Below, in pieces: positions 9,853 to 20,753 of a stretch of DNA of 64,000 bases (within the stretch, counting starts at the first letter, position 1; every line of letters begins with the position of its first letter). The DNA comes from a virus: IMG/VR virus record IMGVR_UViG_3300042890_000947, positions 1-64,000 of that record; one strand, written 5' to 3'. A program made the translations under genes and the position numbers. The notes beneath the pieces are model-generated. The model saw only the letters and a program-made list of their open reading frames with translations, searched no databases and had not been told where the DNA came from.

Positions 9853-10187
9853 ATTGGAACTTCAATGAGACCGTAAGATCAGGTAATACTACAGCAAGAG
9901 TAAAGAACTTTTATCCTGATACTGGCTTAGTAGTTCTTTATGATATATACGGTCCTGTATTTGAAGTGGGCGATGTTATTATCGGTGATGAATCAGGAAC
10001 AGAATTGACTGTTTCTGAGTTTAATATTTCTTACGATTACGATATGTATTATGAACCTACATATTGGGAAGTGATATTACCGATTGTTATATATGATGGA
10101 AATGGAAAAATCGTGGCAGAAGACTATCACTTCACTGGTCTACCTAGCCAAGATTATCAAACAACACATTTGGTGGTAGAAGATTAA
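9849..10187 (+). CDS. hypothetical (probable structural) protein
   Basis: coupled ORF in fibre module. Confidence 0.5.
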   Translation: MNWNFNETVRSGNTTARVKNFYPDTGLVVLYDIYGPVFEVGDVIIGDESGTELTVSEFNISYDYDMYYEPTYWEVILPIVIYDGNGKIVAEDYHFTGLPSQDYQTTHLVVED

Positions 10188-12043
10188 TGGCAGTACCTTT
10201 ATCTAATTTAGGCGCGACATGGATAACATCATCCGTATCTGTAAACAACGCCATAAGAATGAGTGTCAACGATGTTAACTCATCCGCAAATTCTACTCTT
10301 TTAAACTTCGAAGTAAATTCAAATTCAAAGTTTGTAGTATACAAATCAGGTGATCTTCGTGTTGGTAATACAGCCACAAGAAATCCTGCTGCTGTTATTG
10401 AAGCATGGTCAAAGAATCAGGGTATTCTTTTTCCTCGTCTAACAACTCTCGAAAGAGAAAGTGTTCCTAATCCACCAGACGGTCTTGTTATCTATAATGA
10501 AGAGACAGACTTTCTACAAATTCGTCGCGCAGGTGTTTGGGTAAACGTTGGTGATGTTGGTCTACCTGGTGCTCTTCCATCAATCGCAAAAACGATATAT
10601 GTTGCTACATCAGGTAGTGACACAGCAAATGATGGTTCAAGTGAATATGCTCCTTTCCAAACTATAGAAAAAGCCGTTGAAGTTGCTACGCTAAGAAATG
10701 AACTAACAATCATTAAAGTGGGACCTGGCATCTATGAAACACATGGGCATATAGACCTTCCTGACAATTGTATTCTTCAAGGCGTTCATAGAGCAGTATT
10801 TATTCGTCCTAAAGCTGGATCCGAAGTAAAAAATGTATTCCGTATGGGATCAGGTTGTTTCATCGAAGGGTTCATTATTGAAAACTTTAGACTTGATAGT
10901 CTGACAAATCCAACAGAAGGATTTGCTTTTAGTTTTAGACCTGGTGCAGTCATCACGCGCGTACCGTACGCGCACAAGTGTGCTGTTCGTAGCGCACAAC
11001 CTGAAGGGTTTACTGGCGGCACTTTAGATCCATTATCGAATCCTCCTAATCCAGGATTTCCATTAGGCGCAGGCGTTTGTCTTGCTGACGGTATGGTCTG
11101 TTCTCAATATTCAATCTTCCCTAACATCATGACATGGGGTGCTACTCCCGTTTCTTACAACGGTATTGGCTACTGTGCGAAGAACGGTGGTCTGATCAAC
11201 GCTGTTAACGCTATCTCTATGTGGGCACACAAACACTTCTTGGCCATGAGTGGCGGACAAATTATTCTCAGTTCATGTTCTACACAGTTTGGCGACTATT
11301 CATTAGTTGCTGATGGATCAAGAAGAATTGGTATTCCTTATGATACTGTTGTAGATGTCACATCAAACACTACAGCCGCAAATCTAATTTCTACAAATAG
11401 AACAACAATCGTAGATGGATTGTGGAGCAATTTGGTTTCCCAAGGATATATTACTGGTAGTTGGACTTTACCTGACGATGAAAATTACACACGATTTGAT
11501 TCCGATGTGTGGCTTCGCTCAGTAGAATATATGATAAAAGGCGGCTCTACTGATATGATCGACAGATTCCAATCTGTTCTATTTGATGCCACTGGTAATT
11601 TAGTATTTACTGCCGATAAAACAGCAGCCTTCAATCATAGTTATAATTTTATGAGAGATGAACTTAATAAACTCCCACTAAATACTAATGCTAGACAGGC
11701 TATAAATACAGCAACAGCAAGTGTTCAATCAACTATATTGAGTCCTGTAACTAGAGTTGAACCAAGTAGAATTGAAGCTATTGGTCATACTTGGACTGCT
11801 ACAATGATTGGTGTTTGGGCAATCAAGATTCCTCCTGCTGAGGCTAGATTGCCAATTCGAGATAGCATCCTAGAATCGAATGGTGCTATTGTTATTGCGA
11901 CAGGACAAGATAGTGATGGTAATGCTATCTTTGCTGGTGATGTTTTAATTGATGCTAGATTTGGTATGGGCGGAAGAGGTTTTATTGCGCCAACTAAACG
12001 TGAAGCCATTCGTGCGGCTATTACATTCGGAGGATTTGGATGA
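10187..12043 (+). CDS. tail fibre/tailspike-like protein with possible beta-helix
   Basis: GILFPRLTTLER and GLVIYN fibre motif; IYVATSGSD...PFQTIEKA...VGPGIY beta-helix cap. Confidence 0.55.
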   Translation: MAVPLSNLGATWITSSVSVNNAIRMSVNDVNSSANSTLLNFEVNSNSKFVVYKSGDLRVGNTATRNPAAVIEAWSKNQGILFPRLTTLERESVPNPPDGLVIYNEETDFLQIRRAGVWVNVGDVGLPGALPSIAKTIYVATSGSDTANDGSSEYAPFQTIEKAVEVATLRNELTIIKVGPGIYETHGHIDLPDNCILQGVHRAVFIRPKAGSEVKNVFRMGSGCFIEGFIIENFRLDSLTNPTEGFAFSFRPGAVITRVPYAHKCAVRSAQPEGFTGGTLDPLSNPPNPGFPLGAGVCLADGMVCSQYSIFPNIMTWGATPVSYNGIGYCAKNGGLINAVNAISMWAHKHFLAMSGGQIILSSCSTQFGDYSLVADGSRRIGIPYDTVVDVTSNTTAANLISTNRTTIVDGLWSNLVSQGYITGSWTLPDDENYTRFDSDVWLRSVEYMIKGGSTDMIDRFQSVLFDATGNLVFTADKTAAFNHSYNFMRDELNKLPLNTNARQAINTATASVQSTILSPVTRVEPSRIEAIGHTWTATMIGVWAIKIPPAEARLPIRDSILESNGAIVIATGQDSDGNAIFAGDVLIDARFGMGGRGFIAPTKREAIRAAITFGGFG

Positions 12044-12543
12044 CAACAATAAAATGCAGACAACCATCTACAGGTAAACCTATAAGCGTTCAAAACAATA
12101 GTGTAGGTACAGAGTGGATTAACATAGCAGAAGCACCAGATTTTTCAGTTCCTGATCCTTCACGTTCAGCTTATCCGGGTAGTCGTGATCTTGCTGATGG
12201 AACAAGAGGTATTGCAGCAGGAGAATTATTCTTTCTTACTCCATTAGTTGCTAAGAATATTACAGCAGGAACAGATTGGATTGAAGTTAGATTTAGACCT
12301 GAAGGCGGAACTGCTAACAACGATGCTTTTGGAAGAATAACTGTGCCTGCGGGCGAATCTGTTGCTATACCTATCCAAGGACGTTCCCTTGTTAAAAGAA
12401 ATGTATTAAATGCTAATGGTATCACCACTTTTACTACTAACGGTGATATTCTTTACGTTAGAGCAGGCAATACTGCTAGTTTTCAAGTGTGGGCATCAGC
12501 AAATGAACAAGCATCAGCAGAACATGTAGGTGTTATTCCGTGA
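12040..12543 (+). CDS. hypothetical structural protein
   Basis: coupled ORF in fibre module. Confidence 0.5.
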   Translation: MTTIKCRQPSTGKPISVQNNSVGTEWINIAEAPDFSVPDPSRSAYPGSRDLADGTRGIAAGELFFLTPLVAKNITAGTDWIEVRFRPEGGTANNDAFGRITVPAGESVAIPIQGRSLVKRNVLNANGITTFTTNGDILYVRAGNTASFQVWASANEQASAEHVGVIP

Positions 12544-15500
12544 TTGAAAAGTTCTTATCAGGCCGCAGCTATCCTGCTGACGATGGTCTCTACATCATAC
12601 CTTTGGCGTCTTTGGCAGATTTAGATCCTGCTGCTTATGTTGGTAAGCAGGTTCAAACTGACGATGGCATTCGTTGGCATAGTGATGGTATTATTTGGAG
12701 AAATAGTGGCGGCGCTCAAGGTATCCAAGGTATCCAGGGCATTCAAGGACTTCAAGGCGATCAAGGCATTCAAGGTGTTCAAGGCGATCTAGGTTTTCAA
12801 GGCATTCAAGGTCCACAAGGCACAACTGGTACTCAGGGTCTTCAAGGTACTCAGGGACTTCAAGGCGATTTAGGTATTCAGGGCACTCAGGGTACTCAAG
12901 GACTCCAAGGAATTCAGGGTCTACAAGGTATCCAGGGTGAAACCGGTACTCAAGGTCTACAAGGTATTCAAGGCGATTTAGGTATTCAGGGTCTACAAGG
13001 TATCCAAGGTGAAACTGGTACCCAAGGTATTCAAGGTATTCAAGGTGATTTAGGCATTCAGGGTATTCAAGGTATCCAAGGTGCCAATGGATTCCAGGGT
13101 ATTCAAGGAACTCAAGGCCTACAAGGACTTCAAGGCGATTTAGGTATTCAAGGCATTCAGGGTATACAGGGTATACAGGGTGAAACTGGTACTCAAGGTA
13201 TTCAGGGTATACAGGGTGAAACTGGTACTCAAGGTATTCAGGGCATCCAAGGCATTCAAGGTGTTAATGGTTTTCAAGGCATTCAAGGTACTCAAGGCAC
13301 TCAAGGCATTCAGGGCGATTTGGGTATTCAAGGCATCCAAGGCATTCAGGGTGATTTAGGTATTCAGGGCACTCAAGGTATTCAAGGACTTCAAGGACTT
13401 CAAGGACTTCAAGGTACTCAAGGACTTCAAGGCGCTAATGGTATTCAAGGCATTCAAGGCATTCAAGGCGCTAACGGATTCCAAGGCATACAAGGTACAC
13501 AGGGACTTCAAGGAAGACAAGGTATCCAAGGCGCTAACGGATTCCAAGGTATTCAAGGCACTCAAGGCGCTAATGGTATACAGGGCATTCAAGGTACTCA
13601 AGGTACACAGGGTATTCAAGGACTTCAAGGCGCAAATGGTTTCCAAGGTATTCAGGGAACTCAAGGTATTCAGGGAACTCAAGGTATTCAGGGTGCTAAT
13701 GGTATTCAAGGCATCCAAGGTACTCAGGGTGCCAATGGATTCCAAGGTATTCAGGGAACTCAAGGTATACAGGGAACTCAAGGTATTCAGGGCGCTAATG
13801 GTTTCCAAGGCATACAAGGCACTCAAGGTATACAAGGCACTCAAGGGGCTAATGGTATTCAGGGTATTCAAGGCACTCAAGGAATTCAGGGCGCGAATGG
13901 TATACAGGGTATACAGGGAACTCAGGGTGCAAATGGATTCCAAGGCATACAAGGTATTCAAGGCATACAAGGCATCCAAGGTGCTAATGGATTCCAAGGC
14001 ATACAAGGTACACAGGGTATTCAGGGTCGTCAAGGCACTCAAGGTATTCAAGGCACACAAGGCGCAAATGGATTCCAGGGACTTCAAGGAACTCAGGGTC
14101 TACAAGGAGCAAATGGATTCCAAGGCATTCAAGGCGCAAATGGATTCCAGGGTATTCAAGGCACTCAAGGTGCTAACGGTATTCAGGGTATCCAAGGCGC
14201 CAATGGATTCCAAGGCATTCAGGGTACTCAGGGATTTCAAGGCACACAGGGTACCCAAGGTGCAAACGGATTCCAAGGCATTCAAGGCACTCAAGGTATT
14301 CAAGGTGCTAACGGATTCCAAGGTATTCAAGGTGTACAAGGACTTCAAGGTACTCAAGGTATTCAAGGCATTCAAGGCGCTAACGGATTCCAAGGCATAC
14401 AAGGCACTCAAGGTATACAGGGTCGTCAAGGTACTCAAGGTATTCAAGGCATTCAAGGCGCTAACGGATTCCAAGGCATACAAGGCACTCAAGGTATACA
14501 GGGTCGTCAAGGCATTCAAGGCATTCAAGGCGCTAATGGATTTCAAGGCATCCAAGGAACTCAGGGTATCCAAGGAGCAAATGGTATACAAGGTATCCAA
14601 GGTGCTAATGGATTCCAAGGCATTCAAGGTACTCAGGGCGCAAATGGCATTCAAGGTATTCAAGGTGCTAACGGATTCCAAGGTATTCAAGGTACTAGAG
14701 GCTCTCAGGGTATACAAGGCATTCAAGGTGCTGATGGTCTTCAAGGACCAAAGGGTGAGGCAATAGACGGTGTAAATGGTGTACAGGGCGCCCAAGGTAT
14801 ACAAGGTATACAAGGTCTTCAAGGCGCTAACGGATTCCAAGGTATTCAAGGCACACAAGGCGCAAATGGCACTCAAGGTATTCAAGGTGCTAACGGATTC
14901 CAAGGTATTCAAGGCACACAGGGACTTCAAGGAAGACAAGGTATTCAAGGCGCTAATGGGTTTCAAGGCATTCAAGGAGCCAATGGTTTTCAGGGTATCC
15001 AAGGTGTACAAGGACTTCAAGGTCGTCAAGGTACTCAAGGCGCTAACGGATTCCAAGGTATTCAAGGCACTCAAGGTGCTAATGGCATTCAAGGTACACA
15101 AGGTCTTCAAGGCGCAAATGGATTCCAGGGTATTCAAGGAACTCAAGGCGCTAACGGATTCCAAGGTATTCAAGGTACTCAAGGTGCTAACGGATTCCAA
15201 GGTATTCAAGGCACTCAAGGTGCTAATGGCATTCAAGGTACACAAGGTCTTCAAGGCGCAAATGGATTCCAGGGTATTCAAGGTGTACAAGGACTTCAAG
15301 GTCGTCAAGGCATCCAAGGCTCAAATGGATTCCAAGGTATTCAAGGTACACAAGGTCTTCAAGGCGCAAATGGATTCCAGGGTATTCAAGGTGTACAAGG
15401 ACTTCAAGGTCGTCAAGGCATCCAAGGAACTCAAGGAGCTAATGGCACTCAAGGTATTCAAGGTGCTAACGGATTCCAGGGCATTCAAGGTGTACAAGGA

Positions 15501-18236
15501 CTTCAAGGTCGTCAAGGCATCCAAGGAGCTAACGGGTTCCAGGGTATCCAAGGTACTCAGGGTGCCAATGGTTTCCAAGGTATTCAGGGAACTCAAGGTG
15601 CTAACGGATTCCAAGGTATTCAAGGAACTCAAGGTATTCAAGGTCGTCAAGGCATTCAAGGTGCCAATGGATTCCAGGGTATTCAGGGAACAAGCAATCA
15701 AGGTATTCAAGGCATTCAAGGCATCCAAGGCTCAAATGGATTCCAAGGCACTCAAGGCATTCAAGGCGCTAACGGATTCCAAGGTATTCAAGGAACTCAA
15801 GGTATTCAAGGTCGTCAAGGCATTCAAGGTGCCAATGGATTCCAGGGACTTCAAGGCACTCAAGGCATTCAAGGAGCTAACGGGTTCCAAGGTATTCAGG
15901 GAACAAGCAATCAAGGTATTCAAGGTCGTCAAGGCATCCAAGGCGCTAACGGGTTCCAAGGTATTCAGGGAACAAGCAATCAAGGCATTCAAGGTATTCA
16001 GGGCATCCAGGGCGCTAATGGTATACAAGGTCTTCAAGGCGCTAACGGGTTCCAAGGTATTCAAGGAACTCAAGGTATTCAAGGTCGTCAAGGCATTCAA
16101 GGAGCTAACGGGTTCCAGGGTATTCAAGGAACAAGCAATCAAGGTATCCAAGGTATACAGGGTATTCAAGGCACTCTAGGTATACAAGGTCATCAAGGTA
16201 TACAGGGTATACAGGGTCGTCAGGGCATTCAAGGTACTCAGAGTATTCAGGGTATCCAAGGACCATCTGGTACTTCTCAAGGCATTCAAGGCATTCAGGG
16301 CGCTAATGGCATTCAAGGCATTCAAGGCACTTTAGGTATACAAGGCCATCAAGGTATTCAAGGTATACAGGGTCGTCAAGGCACTCAAGGTATCCAAGGA
16401 ACTCAAGGCGCTAATGGATTCCAGGGTATTCAGGGCACTCAAAGCACTCAGGGTATCCAAGGACCATCTGGCACTTCTCAAGGTATACAGGGTATACAGG
16501 GTCGTCAAGGTATTCAGGGCACTCAAGGCACTCTAGGTATACAAGGTCATCAGGGTATACAGGGTCGTCAAGGTATTCAGGGCACTCAAGGCATTCAAGG
16601 CATTCAAGGCACTCAAGGAACACAAGGACTACAAGGTCGTCAAGGTATTCAAGGCGCAAGTGTTCAAGGAGCATCCGGCACTTCTCAAGGTATACAGGGT
16701 ATTCAAGGTATCCAAGGACTAAGTATTCAAGGTCCCGCTGGCACTTCTCAAGGTATACAGGGTATTCAAGGTATTCAAGGTCTAAGTATTCAAGGATCAT
16801 CTGGCACTTCTCAAGGTATACAGGGTCTTCAAGGTATTCAGGGTATTCAAGGTCCTCAAAGCATTCAAGGTCTTCAGGGCGCATTTGGTACCCCTGGTTG
16901 GACTCCAATTATGACAGGCGGTGTTACACAAACCGGTCCATCAACATTTGTTAAAACTTCAGGTTTCGATAATGTATTTGATGGCCAAGTGTATTCTCAA
17001 CAAGGTTATGCTAGAGGAGTTTATGTTACAGCATCAGCATCGCAAGCCGATTCTGATGTAATTTTTGGACTTAACTCTGATCCGGCCGCAGATGCTGGTT
17101 TCGCAAGTACAGACTATGCTTGGTACCTTCTTGGTGATGGACCAGGTACAGACTATCAATGTGAAATTCGTGAAAGTGGAGTATATGTTAGTGCTCATGG
17201 CAGCCATATTGGTTCAACTTTCACGATCACATACGATGGCGCAAATATTCGTTATTTTAAAGATGGTTCACTTATAAGAACTGTTGCTAGAGCAATAGGT
17301 AGTGCGTTATATCTTGATAGCTCTTTCAGCAATGTAGGAGGCGGTCTTACCTCTCTTAACTTTGGTCCAATGGGCGAGGTTGGCGGGGCAACAACTATTA
17401 CAGCAACAAACGATACAACTACAACAACGCTTTATCCAGTTATGGTTGGTGCTGCGGGTAGTTCTGAGGTTCCTAAAGTTACAACAACAAAACTAAGTTT
17501 CAATGCTGCGACAGGATATGCGTATTCTAATTCATTCAATTGTGGAGACTGGTTCCGTTCAACCGGTGATACTGGTTGGTTTAGCTCAACTCACGGCGGC
17601 GGCATCTATATGAATAATAGTAGTCAAGTCAAAGTTTATAATAATAAAACGTTCTGGGCTGGTGCTTTTGGTGCTAGTACAGCAGGATCAAATGATTCTT
17701 CCGGACAAATTATGATAGAAAATGGTGGCGGTACCGGCGAAGCTGCCGCAGCCGTTCTCGCTTTTCATTGTTCTGGTCAATATGGCGCGAAACTACATCT
17801 TCGTCCTGATGGATATATGGGTATGGGTGGTTGGTCGGCATCTTCATGGAGATGGTATGTATATCTAGCAACTGGTGATATGACAGCGGCAGGTAATATT
17901 ACTGCGTATTCGGATATTCGTCTCAAAGAAAATATTACACCGCTTGAGAATTCTCTATATAAAATTAAGAAGCTCAACGGCGTTCGATTCACGTGGAAAG
18001 ACCTTCCAGATATAGTGGGTTCACCTGGAAAAGCAGACTTTGGTATACTCGCGCATGAAGTAGCATATGTTGCTCCTGAACTTATAAGTGATAGCGTACA
18101 TATATCTCCTGATGGAGATCCATATAAAACAGTTGCTTATGATAAACTTGTGCCCCTGCTTATTGAAGCTATTAAAGAAATGTCAAATAAGATTGATGAT
18201 CTTCAAGAACAAATAGAAGAACTTAGAAATAAATAA
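12540..18236 (+). CDS. collagen-like long fibre protein with C-terminal S74 intramolecular chaperone
   Basis: ~1,390 residues of Gly-X-Y repeat; AYSDIRLKENI...LIEAIKEM S74 motif with coiled coil. Confidence 0.85.
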   Translation: MIEKFLSGRSYPADDGLYIIPLASLADLDPAAYVGKQVQTDDGIRWHSDGIIWRNSGGAQGIQGIQGIQGLQGDQGIQGVQGDLGFQGIQGPQGTTGTQGLQGTQGLQGDLGIQGTQGTQGLQGIQGLQGIQGETGTQGLQGIQGDLGIQGLQGIQGETGTQGIQGIQGDLGIQGIQGIQGANGFQGIQGTQGLQGLQGDLGIQGIQGIQGIQGETGTQGIQGIQGETGTQGIQGIQGIQGVNGFQGIQGTQGTQGIQGDLGIQGIQGIQGDLGIQGTQGIQGLQGLQGLQGTQGLQGANGIQGIQGIQGANGFQGIQGTQGLQGRQGIQGANGFQGIQGTQGANGIQGIQGTQGTQGIQGLQGANGFQGIQGTQGIQGTQGIQGANGIQGIQGTQGANGFQGIQGTQGIQGTQGIQGANGFQGIQGTQGIQGTQGANGIQGIQGTQGIQGANGIQGIQGTQGANGFQGIQGIQGIQGIQGANGFQGIQGTQGIQGRQGTQGIQGTQGANGFQGLQGTQGLQGANGFQGIQGANGFQGIQGTQGANGIQGIQGANGFQGIQGTQGFQGTQGTQGANGFQGIQGTQGIQGANGFQGIQGVQGLQGTQGIQGIQGANGFQGIQGTQGIQGRQGTQGIQGIQGANGFQGIQGTQGIQGRQGIQGIQGANGFQGIQGTQGIQGANGIQGIQGANGFQGIQGTQGANGIQGIQGANGFQGIQGTRGSQGIQGIQGADGLQGPKGEAIDGVNGVQGAQGIQGIQGLQGANGFQGIQGTQGANGTQGIQGANGFQGIQGTQGLQGRQGIQGANGFQGIQGANGFQGIQGVQGLQGRQGTQGANGFQGIQGTQGANGIQGTQGLQGANGFQGIQGTQGANGFQGIQGTQGANGFQGIQGTQGANGIQGTQGLQGANGFQGIQGVQGLQGRQGIQGSNGFQGIQGTQGLQGANGFQGIQGVQGLQGRQGIQGTQGANGTQGIQGANGFQGIQGVQGLQGRQGIQGANGFQGIQGTQGANGFQGIQGTQGANGFQGIQGTQGIQGRQGIQGANGFQGIQGTSNQGIQGIQGIQGSNGFQGTQGIQGANGFQGIQGTQGIQGRQGIQGANGFQGLQGTQGIQGANGFQGIQGTSNQGIQGRQGIQGANGFQGIQGTSNQGIQGIQGIQGANGIQGLQGANGFQGIQGTQGIQGRQGIQGANGFQGIQGTSNQGIQGIQGIQGTLGIQGHQGIQGIQGRQGIQGTQSIQGIQGPSGTSQGIQGIQGANGIQGIQGTLGIQGHQGIQGIQGRQGTQGIQGTQGANGFQGIQGTQSTQGIQGPSGTSQGIQGIQGRQGIQGTQGTLGIQGHQGIQGRQGIQGTQGIQGIQGTQGTQGLQGRQGIQGASVQGASGTSQGIQGIQGIQGLSIQGPAGTSQGIQGIQGIQGLSIQGSSGTSQGIQGLQGIQGIQGPQSIQGLQGAFGTPGWTPIMTGGVTQTGPSTFVKTSGFDNVFDGQVYSQQGYARGVYVTASASQADSDVIFGLNSDPAADAGFASTDYAWYLLGDGPGTDYQCEIRESGVYVSAHGSHIGSTFTITYDGANIRYFKDGSLIRTVARAIGSALYLDSSFSNVGGGLTSLNFGPMGEVGGATTITATNDTTTTTLYPVMVGAAGSSEVPKVTTTKLSFNAATGYAYSNSFNCGDWFRSTGDTGWFSSTHGGGIYMNNSSQVKVYNNKTFWAGAFGASTAGSNDSSGQIMIENGGGTGEAAAAVLAFHCSGQYGAKLHLRPDGYMGMGGWSASSWRWYVYLATGDMTAAGNITAYSDIRLKENITPLENSLYKIKKLNGVRFTWKDLPDIVGSPGKADFGILAHEVAYVAPELISDSVHISPDGDPYKTVAYDKLVPLLIEAIKEMSNKIDDLQEQIEELRNK
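12711..16880 (+). repeat. coding 9-bp-period repeat (GGN-NNN-CAR; Gly-X-Gln and Gly-Ala-Asn-Gly-Phe-Gln)
   Basis: directly visible tandem repeat with synonymous variation. Confidence 0.95.
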
Positions 18237-18270
18237 CAACTGTCAACGTTTTCATTGAGGAAAAAAATAA

Positions 18271-18570
18271 ATGGCAACTTTTACTATTGAATTTTCTGTA
18301 GCAGATGAACATATGGATAGAATTAGAGCAGCTTTAAGAAAGCACTTTGGTCCTGCCTTTGAAACTATAACAGAAGAAGTAGCAAATCCGTTAACTGGCG
18401 AACTTGAGACGCGACAGATACCAACAACTAGGGAACTTACTCCTGAAGAGTTGCTTGCAAAAGTTCGCCAAATGTCTATCGATAATATTAAAACTATTGT
18501 AATGAATTATGAAGCAAATGAAGCAATTGCTATTGCTAGAGCTTCAGTTAATGCTGTTATTGTTGAATAG
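18271..18570 (+). CDS. hypothetical protein (fibre module)
   Basis: ORF with GAGG SD. Confidence 0.55.
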   Translation: MATFTIEFSVADEHMDRIRAALRKHFGPAFETITEEVANPLTGELETRQIPTTRELTPEELLAKVRQMSIDNIKTIVMNYEANEAIAIARASVNAVIVE

Positions 18571-18592
18571 ATTAAGCGTAAGTTGTAAATAA

Positions 18593-19696
18593 ATGGTACT
18601 ACCAACATCACCTAATGCAATTAGCCTCAATAATGTAAACACCGAGTTTGGTCGAGCAAGTCAAACTCCAATTGCTATGAGTGATATTTACCTAAGAACA
18701 TTGTTTAGTGAATGGGTAAATCCTATTTCAATGTCAAGTGGTTGGGGTAAATCATGGCCTCCTGCTTATTCGACAGTATATACTACCGCCGGTCAATCAA
18801 CTCTTGTCGTACCAGCAGGAACATTGTTGGTTGGTATAAAAGCATGGGGTGGCGGAGGTGGTTCAGGAGGCAGAGGTTCTGGTTCTTTAAATGTATCAGG
18901 GCCTGGCGGCGCTGGTGGTTTTGTGTGGGGCATATGTGATGCGGTTGCCGGCGAAACTCTGTCCTTTAATGTTGGTGGTAAAGGAATTCGCGGAGACGCT
19001 GCCGGTGTATCACCATTTGCTGGTGAAGGCGGATCCGGCGGAGGCGCTTCATGGGTAAGAAATAACTCGCGGGCTGGCCAACCCTATATTTGTATTATTG
19101 CCGGCGGTGGCGGCGGTGGCGGCACTGGATCTGCTTCTAACGATAGTGGTGGTCCTGGCGGTGGTGGTAGCTCAAACGGTGTGGCCGGTCAGAATGCAGG
19201 AGCAACCGGTTCTTCGGCTGGAGGTTCTGCGGCATCTGGAGGAACTGCTGGTGCTGGAGGTAGTGGTACTGGAGGTAGTGGTCAAAGCGGCACTGGCGGC
19301 ACCGGCGGATTTTTGGCAGGTGGTATTGCCGCATATGCCAACAATACTGGTCCACTCGGCGGCGCAGGCGGCGGCGGTCGTGGCGGCCAGCGCGGCAATG
19401 AAGGCGGCGGCGGAGGTGGCGGCGGTTCCGGTTGGTACGGTGGAGGTGGCGGCGGTTGGTCTGCCAACCAAGGCGGTGGTGGCGGCGGTGGCGGCTCTAA
19501 TTATTTTGCAGGCTCATATCTCCTATACAGTCTTTCGGGTCAGACGGGCACAGTAGGCCAGACATCTTATACCTATCCAAATTTTGGTGGTCCAGACTGG
19601 AATAATTATGGTATAGGTGGTTATGGAAAAAACACAGTAGGATCAGGTATAGATGGCTTTAATGGAGCCATTGCTTTTCAATTCTACACAACCTGA
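18593..19696 (+). CDS. glycine-rich adhesin (gp38-like fibre tip)
   Basis: ISLNNVNTEFG N-terminus; AWGGGGG and IIAGGGGGGG polyglycine blocks; follows S74 fibre. Confidence 0.7.
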   Translation: MVLPTSPNAISLNNVNTEFGRASQTPIAMSDIYLRTLFSEWVNPISMSSGWGKSWPPAYSTVYTTAGQSTLVVPAGTLLVGIKAWGGGGGSGGRGSGSLNVSGPGGAGGFVWGICDAVAGETLSFNVGGKGIRGDAAGVSPFAGEGGSGGGASWVRNNSRAGQPYICIIAGGGGGGGTGSASNDSGGPGGGGSSNGVAGQNAGATGSSAGGSAASGGTAGAGGSGTGGSGQSGTGGTGGFLAGGIAAYANNTGPLGGAGGGGRGGQRGNEGGGGGGGGSGWYGGGGGGWSANQGGGGGGGGSNYFAGSYLLYSLSGQTGTVGQTSYTYPNFGGPDWNNYGIGGYGKNTVGSGIDGFNGAIAFQFYTT

Positions 19697-19720
19697 TAAG
19701 TCATATCTATCATAATTAGC

Positions 19721-19749
19721 TTGCATCTATAAAGTGTTTGCTATATAAT
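19721..19749 (+). promoter_or_regulatory. sigma70-type promoter at the start of the glycan island
   Basis: TTGCAT-N17-TATAAT. Confidence 0.6.
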
Positions 19750-19778
19750 AGTGTGAATTTTTATAATGAAGGTATATT

Positions 19779-20753
19779 ATGATCCACTTTGCGAAGTATG
19801 TTTTGAATAATGGCGGTATTGTCAAACCGCTTCTGTTAGATTCCTCACTTACAAATGGAACAGGTCTGTTTAATCCAAGCGTATATGTTGATGGCGATAA
19901 GATTTTAGTTAATGTTCGACACTGCCAATATACTCTATATCATTCCGAGCTAAATCGTTTTGAACATACTTGGGGTCCTCTAGTCTATCTCAATCCTGAA
20001 AATGATGTAAGTCTTACAACAACAAACTATCTCGGTGAGTTGAACGAAGACTTATCTTTTAAATACTGTCACAAAGTTGATACAAGCGCATTTGATATTA
20101 AACCTGTATGGGAATTTGTTGGATTAGAAGATGCTAGAATAGTTAGATGGAATGATAAGCTATATATTTCTGGTGTTAGAAGAGATGTGAAAACTAATGG
20201 TGAAGGTCGTATGGAACTTTCAGAGATAGAAATTTCTGAGAGTGGTGTCAAAGAGATTTCTCGATTCCGTATTCCTGCACCAAATGGTGATGGTTCTTAC
20301 TGTGAAAAGAACTGGATGCCTATAACAGATATGCCGTATCATTATTTGAAGTGGTGTAATCCAGTAGAAATCGTTAAAGCAGATCCTGAAGATAGGAGTT
20401 GCGTGACAAGTTTCTTAGGAAACAAAATATTCTTTGATAGAGATCAACGCGGCGGCGGTCAAGTTATTCCATTTGAAGACGGATATCTAGCACTCATCCA
20501 TGAAACAAATCTATATGTTAGTGCCCAAGGAAGAAAAGATGGAACATATCGTCATCGATTCATCTACTGGAGTAAGGACTGGGAACCAATACATAGATCG
20601 AAAGAGTTCTCGTTCATGGAAGCAAAGATAGAATTTGCCTGCGGGCTTGCTAAAAGAGATAATGATATCTTCATAACATTTGGCTTTCAAGATAATGTCG
20701 CATATGTATTAAAGACGGATGTGAATGTGATTAAGGAATTTATTTATGCTTGA
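19779..20753 (+). CDS. beta-propeller glycoside hydrolase/phosphorylase-like protein
   Basis: FNPSV, GLEDARI, EKNWMP, IEFACGL motifs. Confidence 0.55.
   Translation: MIHFAKYVLNNGGIVKPLLLDSSLTNGTGLFNPSVYVDGDKILVNVRHCQYTLYHSELNRFEHTWGPLVYLNPENDVSLTTTNYLGELNEDLSFKYCHKVDTSAFDIKPVWEFVGLEDARIVRWNDKLYISGVRRDVKTNGEGRMELSEIEISESGVKEISRFRIPAPNGDGSYCEKNWMPITDMPYHYLKWCNPVEIVKADPEDRSCVTSFLGNKIFFDRDQRGGGQVIPFEDGYLALIHETNLYVSAQGRKDGTYRHRFIYWSKDWEPIHRSKEFSFMEAKIEFACGLAKRDNDIFITFGFQDNVAYVLKTDVNVIKEFIYA

Noticed and set aside
12711-16880. Possible CRISPR or satellite array
   Set aside because: In-frame coding repeat with synonymous variation and no unique spacers; no cas genes seen.
13140-16908. Long alternative-frame and minus-strand ORFs (243-467 aa) over the collagen gene
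   Set aside because: Shadows of the 9-bp codon repeat; low complexity and no RBS.
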